Source of the DNA: Lama guanicoe
Taxonomy: Eukaryota
NCBI GenBank assembly: GCA_013239625.1
Contig: MU056905.1
Location: forward strand, 455,967-519,966
Length of the DNA stretch: 64,000 nt
Direction of reading: 5' to 3'
The first letter of the stretch is position 1, and each line of letters begins with the position of its first letter. The notes below the pieces were generated by a model. The model was not told where the DNA came from and made no database searches. It worked only from the letters and a program-made list of their open reading frames with translations. Made by a program: the position numbers and the translations under genes. Positions 10,640-23,579 of this stretch are shown here, one piece after another.

Positions 10640-11952
10640 AAGACAAAAACACTAATCAGAACAGTATGGTACTGGCACAAAAACAGACACATAGATCAAT
10701 GGAACAGGATAGAAAGTCCAGAAATAAACCCACGCACTTACGGTCAATTAATCTACAACAAAGGAGGCAAAAATAGACAATGGAGAAAAGACAGTCTCTT
10801 CAATTAGTGGTGCTGGGAAAACTGGACAGCTACATGTATAAGATGAAATTAGAACATTCTCTAACACCGTATACAAAAATAAACTCAAAATGTATCAAAG
10901 ATCTAAGTGAAAGACCAGATACTACAAAACTCCTAGAGGAAAACAGGCAGAATACTCTTTGACATAAATTTCAGCAATATTTTTTTCGAACCAGCTCCTA
11001 CAGTAATGGAAATAAAAGCAAAAATAAACAAATGGGAACTAATTAGACTTAAACGCTTTTCACAACAAAGGAAACCATAAACAAAATGAAAAGACAACAT
11101 ACAGAATGGCAGAAAATATTTGCAAATGACACAACCGACAAGGGACTAATTTCCAAAATATACAAACAGTTCATACAGCTTAATACCAAAAAACAACCCA
11201 ATCAAAAAATTAGCGAAGGCCTCAACTGACATTTCTCCAAAGAAAACATCCAGATGGTCAACAGGCACATGAAAAGATGCTCAACATCGCTAATTATCAG
11301 AGAAAAGCAAATCAAAACTACAATAAAGTATCACCTCACACTAGTCAGAATGGCCATCATTAGAAGGTCTACAAATAATAAATGCAGGAGACGGTGCGGA
11401 GAAAAGGGAATCCTCCTACACTGCTGGCGGGAATATAAAGTGGTGCAGTCACTATGGAGGACAGTATGAAGTTTTCTTAAAAAACTAAAAATAAACTTAA
11501 CATATGATCCAGCAATCCCACTCTTGGGCATATATCCAGAGAAAACTCTAATTTGAAAAGATGCATGCACCACAGTGTTCACAGCAGCACTATTTACAAT
11601 ACAACACTATTTGTTGCTGCAACATGGATGGACCTATAAATTATCATACTAAGTGAAGTAAGTCAGACAGAGAAAGACAAATATCATATGATACCACTTA
11701 TATGTGGAATATTAAAAAAAGACACAAATTCTATTTACAAACCCCAAAACAGACTCATAGACAGAGAAAACAAACTATGGTTAACAAAGGGGAAAGGGCC
11801 GGGAGGGATAAATTAGGGGCTGGGATTAATAGACACACATTACTATACATGAAATAGATAAACAACAAGGACCTACTGTACAGCACAGGAAACCACATTC
11901 AATGTCTTGTAATAACATGTAATGGAAAATAATCTGAAAATAAAATATATAT
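10640..11952 (+). mobile_element. 5'-truncated L1 (ORF2 C-terminus + 3'UTR), cetartiodactyl-type
   Basis: [24 protein letters not shown]...[15 protein letters not shown]...[13 protein letters not shown]...HCW; stops and frameshifts present. Confidence 0.92.
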
Positions 11953-11959
11953 ACGTCTC

Positions 11960-12760
11960 TATCTCCAGAATATATCCTGACTTCCTCCCTCTCTCCCCAT
12001 CTCCCTTGTTCCACCGCCATGATTTACCACTTAGACGTCTGCAGGGCCTCCTGACTAACCTCTCTGCCTCCACTCTTCGCCCTTCCAATCCACCTTCCAT
12101 TCAGCACTTAGACAAGTGAGAGTTTTAAGGTATATATCAAAGCATGTCAGGCATTCTGCTGCTTGAAACCCTTCGGTGTTTTCCAACTGCACTTCATGTA
12201 AAGTCCAAATCTTGTCTTGGGGCCCGCAGGCTCCCACCTGTATCCCCCAACCTCATCTCGTTCCACTCTCCTCTCCAATACATGGTGGCCACACTGGCAT
12301 CCTTCATTGTCCTGGGACACACAGTGCCTTTCCCAGCTCAGGGCGTTCATCCTTGCTGTTCCCTCTGCTTAAAACGCTGTTCCTCTTGCTCTCTGCATAG
12401 CTGACTCCCGCTCATCCTACAGGTCGGAGCTCAACTGTCTCTTCTCAGAGAGCCCTTCCCCGGCCTCCCCATTCAGTGCCCAGCCCCGCCTACCCCCCCA
12501 TCAGTTACTTCTCTCACCTCACCCTGTTTATTCCCTCACTGCATTTATCATGCTCTGAAATACCTTAGTCGGACACTTGTTTACTTATTTATATGCTTTC
12601 TGCCTCACAAAAATGTCAGCTCCATGAAACCTGGGAACTTATCAATCATTAGTATTCACCATATTCTCTCTGGGACCTTGAACAATAATTATTGGGCCAA
12701 CAGTTGGAGCTCAATGAATGAATCTGAATTGAATTCATGAGTGAACTGAATGAATGAGTG
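11960..12760 (+). mobile_element. L2 LINE 3' remnant
   Basis: ggcctcctgactaacctctctgcctccactct..., aaagtccaaatc, ending in a tgaatgaatgagtg tail. Confidence 0.75.
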
Positions 12761-13764
12761 AAGTGATTGGTGAAATTAGCTAATCTTTTCCTAGGAAGGA
12801 GCGCGGAAGGGACAGAGAGAGACTAGAAGAGTTCACTCCGGCATTCACCCACTGGTAAAGAAGGGAGCAAAGTCCTCTCCTCTCCTCTCCTGGAAAGGGG
12901 CACAGGCAGGGGGCAGCAGATAAAGATCTCCCGCCTTCAGAGTGGTTGGGAAGGAAAGATCCTGGGAAGGGCTGAGAAGCTGTTGCTCACAGGCCCAGGG
13001 CTCCCTTCCCCAGCCTCTACCGGAGTAACACAGAGATAAGGAGACCACATTCCCGGAGAACAAGGTGCAGCATCAGAGGTCCGGACACCGCACTGAGGAA
13101 GACAGAGGTTATGTCTCGGGATGGGCTTCTCAACGCATGAGCGGGTAGGGGGCCCCAGAATCGGGACTGCTTTTACTGAGGGGAAGGGAAGGGCTTTTAA
13201 AAGAGCATCCCCCACCACTCCCAGACTTCCTATGCAGAATGGGGAGTTCCATCACGTGGAGGCAGGAGGAAGGACGGGACAGAGCCTCCTGCCTGGCCCC
13301 CCACCACCACCCGAGGAGACAGGAGAGCCAAGGCCTCAGGCGATCTGGCCCTGGACCAGGACAGACAGTGATTCTCTCCACGGCCGCCTCCATCTTCCCT
13401 GTCCCAGGGGCCCTTCTCCTCCAAGGGGGATCATAGAATCTCCCACTCATAGACTGAGGCACAGTTTCAGAACAACCCAGGATCCCAAAGATTTGAGTTA
13501 GAAAGAGTCCCTAGTGGTCCAGCTCTGGGCCTAATTGTAAGCTTCCCCAGATAGCCTCTGGGTATTTCCAGAGACAGCAATCTCCCTACACGCAAGGCAG
13601 ACCCTTCCAGGCCCAGGCAGTTCTGACTGAAAGAGGTCCTTCCTCGCAGCCAGCCTGCATCTGTCTCCCTCTCACCTGCATCGCAAGTTCAGCCCGGTGA
13701 ACCAGCACAGAGAAGCCAGCCGTTTCCATGTGACAACCTTTGAAACATCTGAAGGTAATTATCA

Positions 13765-13990
13765 TTCTAATAATATATGCTACCATTTAATGAACGCTTA
13801 CCAGGCACTGTGCTCAGCATTTTACATGTATTATCTCACTCAATTCTTGCAGCATCCTTAGTGTGTAGAAATTATTATTACTATCCTGTAAAGTAGGAAA
13901 TAAACTCGAGAAGTAAGGCAATCAGCCCAGGGTTATTTGGGTATTGGAAGAAGCAGGATTTGTTCCAAGACCCCTCTGACTCCATCCAAA
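13765..13990 (-). mobile_element. MIR SINE
   Basis: gcttaccaggcactgtgctcagcattttacatgtattatctcactcaattct. Confidence 0.7.
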
Positions 13991-14497
13991 GCCTTGCTTC
14001 TCCTGCTACGCAAGACCACTGCACCCCTAAGTGAGTCTTCTTTAATCCTGGATCAACACCACCAAATCCTTCAAGCATTCCTTCTCTGAGAAACTCAAGG
14101 TGCCCATCCCTCATTTTCTGTAATAAGTTCCAAGTTCAATAAAATCCTTGCAGTCATCTAGCCTCAGCCCCTCTTCCTGGAGACTGGAACATGGGAAATG
14201 ATGCTTGCTTCTATGACGACAAGATATGGAGTCTCCCCAGGGTTCCCCCACTGGGCCCCCGTCTCCCCACAGTCCTCAGACACAGTCCTGATGATCCACC
14301 AAATTCTCCCCTCCACCTCGCTCATCACCTGTCAACCCGCTTGTCCCCCAGGATTTGTCAGTCTGCCTCCCCCTTACCTCACGCCTCTTCTCCCCCAAAG
14401 TCCTACTCATTCTGGAAAAAAAACCAACTCCAAGTCCCCCTCCTCCATGAAGTCTTCTCCAGCTCCTGCTCCTTCCTCAGTGCTCCCAAAGCCTTAT

Positions 14498-14647
14498 TTC
14501 TTTTTTTTTCAACTTTATTGAGATATAATTGACATATAATATTGTATAAATTTAATTATACAATGTAATGATTTGACAGTTGTATACATTGTGAAATGAT
14601 TACCACAATAAGCATAGTTAGCACATCCATCACCTCATATAGTTACA

Positions 14648-14680
<33 letters not shown>

Positions 14681-14875
14681 TGGTGAGAACTTCTAAGATC
14701 AATTCTCTTAGCAACTCGCAAATATAAAATCCAGTAGAACTATGGTCACCATGCTGTGTGTTACATCCCCAGAACTTATTTATCTTGTTCCTGGAAGTCG
14801 TACCTTTTGACCTCCTGCACTCATTTCCCCCACCCCCATCTCTGGCAACAATCATCCAGCTCTGTTTCTATGGGT
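14498..14875 (-). mobile_element. L1MA-type 3' end with internal (TG)n
   Basis: PolyT then ttgagatataattgacatat...catccatcacctcatatagtta(tg)n...gtcaccatgctg; (TG)~14 at 14650-14677. Confidence 0.8.
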
Positions 14876-15237
14876 TCAGTACAAAGCCCTTATTTCTGTC
14901 TCTACAACAGTAGTTGCTATTTTGCATTTCATCACATCTGTTCGCAGCCCTGGCTAGGCTTCTCCAGGGCATCGAGTGTGGCTTTACTCTCTAGGCTCAT
15001 TACGATGTAGGTGTTTGGTAACTAGCTGGTACCGTCGAACGCGGACTGACACTTTTGATCCTTCAGCTGGAAGAATAGTGGTTGTTCTGCAGAAAGTCAG
15101 AAAATCAGGGTCAACATCGAGGAGCCGGTTGAGATACAGGGAGAGCTGAGCACACCCACCTAGCTCAGCACCTGGGCACCGCCTGGTCTCTGGGGGTTGA
15201 ATGAACCCAAGAAAGGAAACAGAGTTGAAGCAGGATC

Positions 15238-15256
15238 CACTGCCCTCTGGTGGCCA
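15238..15256 (-). promoter_or_regulatory. CTCF motif
   Basis: Reverse complement TGGCCACCAGAGGGCAGTG, near-consensus CTCF core. Confidence 0.7.
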
Positions 15257-15753
15257 TTCTACCTCAGGACCGTTCATTTGGCATCCTGTCCTTTCTGACA
15301 GAGAAGATGCTGGTATGAATTTAGAACCTGATGCCCCAATCTCCCAGCACAATCTTAACTGTCCCAGATGCTTTTGTAACAGAATATTACAACTGGAATT
15401 TCACCTGGGCACCAAGGTACAATAGTTGAAATTTCAAAGTGAGGTACCAAATCATCATATGGAGAATTTCAAAAGAAATGTTTAACAACTAGTTTCTGAC
15501 CCCCTCAGCCAGATCAAGGATACAAAAAGGGGTCATTGTATGGAGAGAAGGTTCTAGCAAGACAGTAATAAGGAAGGGAAGGGGTTAAACCACTTAGTAT
15601 TCTTGCGGAGCAGAATACTAAGCAGTAAGAGAAATTATAACACGCACTGGACAAGCATAAGTTAAGAACCAGAGCATAAATTTCAGAACTTTTCTGTGTT
15701 CTCTTTACTGATGATTGGGAGAAAAGTGAACTATGGCTCCCTACATCTTTAAG

Positions 15754-16392
15754 TGAAAAGAATAGGTCTCAGTAATAATGATTTTAAAAAGAACAAAGAA
15801 TGCAGAAACAAACAACTATTATCAGGCAAAAGACGTAGTTATAGCAAAGGTAGTAAATTAGTCATAAAGACTCCCAGTTCTCTTTCAAAGGTAAAGATCA
15901 GCCGGAAGCACATTATTGAGCTGTTCTGCAGGATCCAAACCCCCTCAACCGCTCAACTACCAGATTAACTGAAGCCTAGGGAATGGCGATGATGACGTTT
16001 GCGGACCCTCCTGACCTCACTCAGCTAGGCGCCCGGATTTTTTCAATCTTGAGTGATCTTTGACTCATTTAAATGCTAATATCTCCACCCCAAGGGCAGG
16101 GATGGCCACCGCTTTTGAACCTGCATCGTCTGTTTGAGCATGTTGTCACACTGCGCAAGCGCATTTAGAACTCCACCTCCCCATGGAAGATCACACTTGT
16201 CCTTTCATGAATATATATGTACCCTTAGCTTAAAACTTTCCTGATCTTGCTGTTCAGAAAGACAGTGCTTTGAAGGCTATCACCCTATCCCCTTACTTGT
16301 CACAGATAATAATAAATGCTTCTGCTTTAATCGAAAGTACTTCGTGTGTTCACTGGCTATGCACCCCAAGCAACTGACTCACTGCATCAACA
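15754..16392 (+). mobile_element. ERV1-type solo LTR (~640 bp)
   Basis: TGAAAAG...TCAACA termini, AATAAA 16311-16316, CpGs retained; TSD imperfect (taag/aagg). Confidence 0.65.
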
Positions 16393-17099
16393 AAGGGAGG
16401 ATTTTGCAGGAGGAAATGCCTGGAGGAAGCTGTGCTGTGAACCTTATCCCCTATCATGTAAACCTAGTGGATGCTGGCATGGGTTACCCCAAGAGCTGAA
16501 TACGTGGCCCTCAGGGTGAGGAGCAGAGTATGCCAGGACCTGGATGCTTCCCAGAAGTTCAGAACGAGAAACAAGGACCAGGGAGCAGCCTGTGGGCAGG
16601 CCGGCTGAGCTGGTGCTCTGCGATGGGCTCCCAGAGTTTGCCCCGCAAATGAAAAGCCACCATGGGTCCTGGGAGAGAAACAGGTGTATCCTCATGCATC
16701 CATCTTCAGTGCTGTCCAATAGGGCTGCCTCAAGGGACAAAGAGACCCCAGCAGCTGAGGAAGGAAGTTCAGATTCCTGGATAAGGAAAGACAGGTGAGT
16801 GGGACTGATGGCAAAGCTCTGAGTATCCAGCAAAGCACCATGAGAGAACAGTCAGTAGAGAACATGGGAGAGGAAGGGCGAGGACACTACCAGCTGATGG
16901 AGCAGCTGCTGTGCCAAAGGATGAGAAAACTCACCGCCCCTTCTGTCTGCTTCACACCACCCCCACCTCCTCAGAAACAGCTGCTAGTGAGAGTTCAGGG
17001 GGAGGGGGGAATGTCGAGGGCTGGGGAAAAGAGAAGCCCACCGCTAGCCCCTTTCTCAGCTCCAACTGAAGTAGGGCCCAGCAGGCTGCAGAAAAGTGA

Positions 17100-17492
17100 C
17101 CTTAATAGAATATTATGCTTAATGAAATAAGTCAGACCAAGAAAGACAAATACTATACAGTCTCACTCATATGTGGAATCTAAAAAATAATACAAATGAA
17201 TGTGTATAAAAAACAGAAACAGACTCACAGATCTAGAAAACAAACTCATGGTTACCAAACGGGAGGTGGAGGGTGGGGGAGGGATAAATTGGAAGTTATG
17301 GGATTAACAGGTACAAACTACATAAAATAGATAAGCAACAGGGATGTACTGTATAGCTCACAAAATTATACCCAATATCTTATAATAACCTATAATGGAA
17401 TGTAATCTGCAAAAAAAAAATACTGAATCACTATACTGTATAACTAAAACTCATGCAATATTGTAAATCAGCTATATTTCAATTTAAGAAAC
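17100..17492 (+). mobile_element. L1 3'UTR fragment
   Basis: gaaataagtcagaccaagaaagacaaatac...atatgtggaatctaaaaa...cagactcacaga...tgtaaatcagctatatttcaat. Confidence 0.85.
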
Positions 17493-18104
17493 TAAGAATA
17501 TCAGGCCAAAAAAATAGTTTCAGGTTTTGATTCATATATTGGCCTGGTCATCCTCATTTCGGAATGAAACCTGTCTCTTATCTGAGAGTGAGAAGAATAG
17601 ACTTTCCTGGGTTTCCTCCCAGGAGCAAGGGAATAAATTATCCCTGCAGACTAGCCCAATAAAGATAAGGATTGCATCATGAAATCAAACTCATCAGGTA
17701 ATCAAAATGCAACTTTAAGCTTTTATTTCATGACAAGTTGTGGTTGTCATAAAATAATAGTATAAAATGTAATGTGTAAGATACACAACAATATGTACAA
17801 TATACAATATATAATATAATGCAGGTTACACTCTCCCCTCCAATGGGACTAAATTACAGGGACCCAGGATTTTCCCTTCAAAGTCTCCTCAGCCTTCTTT
17901 CCTTAATCTAGAACATCCATACTCCCATCCCTTTGCCTCTGTACCACCAATAGGTTCTTGAGATCCAGTCCAGCTCCACCCTTGGGTCCTGAGCACTTCC
18001 CCAACTTGGGGAGTGGAAGAGAGACACATGCCTTCATCTCCCATATCAGCTCCAGCATGGCCTCCTGGGGTACTCACCACATCCCTGACCCCAGGTACTC
18101 TATC

Positions 18105-18549
18105 TGTAGTGGGTTGCACAGTGTGTCCAAAATGCATGTCCACCCCAAACCTCAGAATGTGACCTTCTTTGGAAATAGGGTCTTTGGAGATGTAATTCCT
18201 TAAGGATCTTAAGATGAAATTATCCTGGATTTAGGGTGGGTCCTAAAACCACTAACTATTGTCTTTACAGAAAGAGGAGAGGACCCAGAGAGACACACAG
18301 GAGAAAGGAAGGCCACATGAAGACAAGGGCAGAGAATGCAGTTACCCTGCCACAAACTCAGGAACTCTGGGGCTGTGGGAAGCTGACAGAGGCAAGGAAG
18401 GTTCTCCCCTAGAGCTTTCAGAGGGCGCAGAGCCCTGCGGACACCTCAGTTTCAACTCCCAGCCTCCAGAACCGTGAGAGAGTCGATCCCTGCTGTTTTA
18501 AGCCACGCAGTTCGTGGTACTCTGTTCCAGCAGCCCTGAGAGCTAGTAC
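18105..18549 (+). mobile_element. MLT1C/D-like MaLR LTR
   Basis: tgtagtgggttg...aacctcagaatgtgaccttctttggaaatagggtcttt...cagcctccagaaccgtgaga...tgttttaagccac. Confidence 0.85.
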
Positions 18550-19989
18550 TCCGTCTCACCGTGTCCTTCCAGCTGCAGCAGCATTCAATGGCCAGCCCCT
18601 GGCCAGAGGAACGCCAAGGCTTGGGCTGGCGCCCAGTGCCCTCTGCCAAGCCTGGGAGGAGTGGGGGAGGAGGATGGACTGTAACTTTCAAATGACCCCC
18701 CTCCATCCATACTCCCCTGCTGAGCAGCCCCGGGAGCAAACCAGGCATCTGCTCCCTCAGCCACCTACCACCAGCAAGGCGTCCAGAGCCCAGGGGGGCC
18801 CTTCCCTCCAACTCCTGGTAGCCTACCCTCATCCTGTCCTATGGCTGGGGAATTTTCCATCCCACCCCCAAGTCAAAGTCGTTAGATATAATCATTAACC
18901 AGACGGGTGTTAATTAGCCAGTCGGGGTGATCATCCATGTTGATGAGGGCGCAGCTGGCCACCAGGAACAGCTGATCAGACACGGGTGGGAGGAGCAGGA
19001 TCTGGCTGGAAAGGGATGGGGGGGGTGTTCTGCAGACCCCCTCCCAATTCTGTAAGCTTGAAATCCCCATTTCTTCATTTCCGTCTTTTCCAGAGTCAGA
19101 GAAGAAAACAGAGGCTACAATGAGCTCTTCAGTACTCACGTGAGTTTCTCCAGAGCTAGGTGGGTGACGGGCACTGAGCCAGGCTCTCTAAGGACATCAC
19201 CTCATCCCCGAGCCCATTATCATCACTATGATAATAGAGATACCTGTTATTTACAGGTAAAGAAACTGCCTGAAGTGGCAGAGCTGGGATTTGAACCCAG
19301 AAGACTTATCTGAGCAGTCAGGGGTCATACTGACCTCCCTCCTTCCTCAGTGCACCACATTCTCGTACTTTCCCTTTGCAATATTTATCATTTATAACAA
19401 CTTAGTTACCCTAGTCCCCTCGGAGCCCTGCTAGGCTGTGAGATGCCGGTGGACAGAGACAATTTGTTTTGTGCTCCAGCACCTAGCACTTAGCACAATG
19501 CCTGGCACATAAGGATACCCAATAAAGATTGGTTGGAAGTAGAAATTCAATGTGTTAGAGAGTTGGGGTGGAAGGGGCTAGCTAGAGGATAGCTGGGGAC
19601 TTCTAGACAGGTGCTGATTATAGGGTTAAAGTGCATCTCAAGAGGTCATCTGGTCCATGCCCCTGCTTCGGCTTCAGCCATTGCCCTGTCATAGCCACCA
19701 AGTCTGGGAAAAGCATTGGCATGGGTCCAAGTCCTTGGGAGAGCTGCTTCCCTTCTCTTGGCCTCAGTTTCCTCTCTCAAGCTCAGGAGCGGTGGATTGG
19801 CTGATCTTGAAGTCTCTTCCACCTCTACCAGTTTGTGGTTCAAGAAGAGGCAAAGCATTTTGGAAACGAGCATCCCCTTGGTTTGAAATCACCAGCTCTG
19901 GCCCCATTCCCAAGAGTGCCAGCTGCAGGAGGGTGTGCACCCAAGCCTGGCAGATTTGCAACCACGGGCTTTTTCACAGGCAAACGGCT

Positions 19990-20143
19990 GGGGGGGGTGC
20001 GGGGGGAGCGGGGTATAGCGCAAGTGGTAGAGCTCATGCTTAGCATGCACAAGGTCCTGGGTTCAACCCCAAGTACGCTGTCTAAAAATAAAGAAGTAAG
20101 TAAACCTAATTACCTCCTCCTCCCCCCAAAAAACTAAATAAAT
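19990..20143 (+). mobile_element. Camelid tRNA-derived SINE (Vic-1-like)
   Basis: ggtatagcgcaagtggtagagctcatgcttagcatgcacaaggtcctgggttcaacccc; flanking duplication TTCACAGGCAAAC at 19973-19985 and 20149-20161. Confidence 0.88.
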
Positions 20144-23100
20144 CACTCTTCACAGGCAAACTGGGACTCGTGCAGTTGGAGGAGGCTGGGCCTTCCAAGT
20201 CATCCGAAGAGGCCACACATCTAACCTAACGGTGCTGCTGCGGCTCACAAGAAGGTCTGGAAAATTCTCTTGCAGAGGTACCTTCCAGATGGGCTTTGGA
20301 GCCCCAGGGGGCAGGCAGCCTCCCTGCAGGGTCCCCACACCTGGGTTCCAGATGAAGTTCTGCTCCCCACCTGACCTCCCTCCTTCACCAGGCATGACCC
20401 CTAAAGATTCCTACTTATTTCCAGAAGAGCAGAGCCTCCTCAAAGGAGAGACTCATGCCCCAGGAAGGATTTTCAGAGCATATGCCACAAGTTCTGAGAG
20501 GATTCCAAAGGTGTTCCATGTTTGAGAAATTGCAGCAAATTGGTGCAAGCATATGGCTTCCCAGGGGGAAACCACTTGGATAGGGTCGCTGCTCCTTTGG
20601 GTTTATAAAATCCTCAGAGCCGAGTATGTGAAAAGCGCATGTGCATCATGTATTTAACAGGCAGGAGTTTAGCCCCGCCACACTGGCCAGCAGGGAGATG
20701 CAAAGATAGAGGTAAGGGCCCGGTGTCCCGGGTTCTGACTGGTTTCGAGACTGCCTGCCTATATGATGGGAGCATCCCTAACTTGGAATGACAAATATTA
20801 GAACAGGAAGAAACCTGCACAGTCACCTGGGTCTCCTCATTTTACAGATGAGGAAACTGAGATCAGTGTGCTTGGGACAGAGCAGAGAGTGATTGCCCCA
20901 GAGTGGCCCAGAGAGTTGGCAGCAGAGGAAGGGACTGAACTCCGACCTCCCAAATCCCAACCCAGGTGGCCCAGCCCAGCATCACCTCTCTACACACCCC
21001 TGCTCTTGAAAAGCAAAGCGCAAAATACCTCTCTCCTTCCTGCTTGGTCGAGGGGGTCAGTGAATCAATGCATGAGAAGGCTGGTGGGGGATAAGGAGGG
21101 TGGACAAATAAAACCGGAAAGTGCTGAGAGCCACAAAGAGCAGCCCATTAAGCCAGAGCCCAGCACCAAGAGCAGGGGCAGGTGGGAGCTGTTCAGTAAT
21201 TGCATCACCCAGTCACATCCCTGTAACCTTAAATATTTCATGGACCCAGAAGTGCACCACGTGGAAGAGCTGCTGCTCCTCCTGTGGGGCTGGGACTGCA
21301 GCAGGGACGTGAACGCTTGCACACAAACAAGCACACCTTGCACAGACACGTGCAAGCCAGGGAAGGGCTAGGATGGGGCTGGCTGAGACATTCTAGGAAG
21401 GGCTCTAAGAGCAGGCATCGCAACTCCCAGCCCCGCAAGCAGGCGACCCACGTCTTCTTCCACCCACAAGCCCAACAGACACCCACAGTTGCTCACCCAG
21501 CTCTGGGCGTCGAAAAGGTCAAAACGTCATACACACACCTTCACAGACCTCTTCCAACCCACGAGGAGACCCTGGCACCAAAGGCTGCAGTCATCTGCAC
21601 TCCCCTCCCTGGAACCCACAAACGCTTTGCTCACCCACCCCCAGCCTCCTCTGAAGCCAGAACCAGGAGCTGCCTCTCCTCTCTCTCCCTGCTCTCGCCT
21701 CCTCTGCCTCCACCCCAGCACCGGCTGCTCCCAGGACCCCTCAACCCACGCACCCCCCCATCATCCATCTCTCCAAAGCCTGAGCGCTCTGGGCCCTCTC
21801 CTGACCCAAAGATTTCAGGGGAAGGGAGTCTGAGAATCTGGAGCTTGAGAAGGTAATGTGAAGGGTGGATGTGAGGCTCTGGGGGGGGGGGCGGAGAATT
21901 TCCATGACCAAACCGAAGTTTCAGGGAAAGAAGGAAATACGGAAGAGGTGCAGGCAAACTGGGTGACCAGGGCTGGGTGCAGAGGGTCTTCTGAAAACCT
22001 GAAGAGGTGATCCTCCTAACTCTGCTGTCCTGCCAGGAGAGGACATGACAATAATAACAGCTCTCAGTTAATCAAGGGCCTGCCCTGTGCCAGGACCTCA
22101 CCTCATATGGTACTCAGCCCTCTCAGCGAGGTACTATTCTGCCCATTTTATAAATGTGGAGATTGAGGCCCAGTGAGGGGAGTCTGAGTCCCCAGAGATA
22201 GGGGTGTGGGAATCCTGGCTTCAAGTTCCAGCTCCCAGGGGCCTGGTGAAATGGGGTTGGGGAGGGACAAGTCACCTATTTAAAGGGCACCTCCAACCTG
22301 GCCCTGTGTATGTGTGGTTAGGAGATGGGCGAGTGGAGGGAAAGCCGGAGCAAGTGCTGGGTCCTACTGGGTCCCGGTGTCCCCATCATATCCTTATCCT
22401 TTTGGCTTCATGCCCTCACATTCCCTCCCTCCACTGTCACTTGGGAAGGGGAGAGATCTGGGGACCCCCCCCGGGCTGGCCCTGGTATATCAAAGAGAGC
22501 AAAGGGACCACGCAGATGTAGGCTGGGTGTAGGGGGGTCATTCCTGGACTCCAAGTGACAGCAAATCAGCGGCCAGTTAACAGCAGATAGAACTGGCCCC
22601 CTGGGTCCCTATAACCCCAGCCTTGCCCTGAAGAAACAGCCTGGCCTGGCCTACTGTATGTAAAGGGATATGGCTAGGGGGGAGGGCAGGGGAGGTTATT
22701 TTGGGAGGTAAGAGAGGAAAGGGCAATGTGAAATCCAGCTCAGGGAAGGGCTGCCGGGGAGAGGAGGCGACTGAGGACTGAGGCTGACCCCTTAGAAAAG
22801 AGGATGATTCCAGGGCCCCCAGAGAACCAGGCATTCATCTGACTGGAACTTGCCAGTTGCTCCGTTTAAGACTAAATAAACAGATCTCTGGCTCCGGCCC
22901 CTACCCAGCCACTCCCTCAAAACCCTCGTGCCTTCTCCCCATGCCCAGTTCTTCTCCCTCAAAGACACATCCAGCCTCCCCAGTGTCAGCACCTCTCTTC
23001 CCTCTATCGAGTGACCCCCAGCCCCTGGCAGAGTCCCCACCAGCTCCTGTGAACGTCCTATCTCCCTCACTAGTACTGACATCTTGGTCCTACACCAACC

Positions 23101-23579
23101 TAGTAAGTTCTTCACATACACCTCCATCCCTTTGGGACAGCAGATCACTTTCATTATTCTGCCAGCAGAAAAATTGGAAACCAACCCCATCTGTAAGCAA
23201 GCCACCCCACTAGAGGAGTTTCCCTCTCCATCCCCAGGGGCATTCTCCCCTGGCAGGCCTTTCACCTGCTTTACATCCCCCAAATTTAGCAAGCAGAAAG
23301 AGAAACTTATTTCACAAGCTTTACCGGCTCCCCATCTCCATGGTCCTCACTCCCCTAGCCCTCCACCCATTGTCATCAGCACTTCAAGGGAGAGGCGCTG
23401 GACACCCTCTTAGACCTCAGTCCCCACTCCCTGCTGCAGAGTGAACCCAAGACCCGTGCCCAGACCCGACGCCTCCCATCCAAGTTTCCACCTCCGCTCT
23501 AGTGTTTTCCTCTCAATGAAAAGTCCCTCTCCTGATCTAACTTGAATCCTCCCTGCTGTAAGCCTAAATCCCCTTTCTT

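Noticed and set aside
10780-11582. ORFs with L1 ORF2 peptides
   Set aside because: Fragments of a dead 5'-truncated L1, not host genes
14984-15352. WPPEGS peptide resembling retroviral Gag matrix
   Set aside because: Only six residues match and the flanks do not; the same bases are better explained as a CTCF motif
22792-23292. 166-aa minus-strand ORF divergent from PPP1R1A
   Set aside because: No recognisable homology or supporting splice/poly(A) structure
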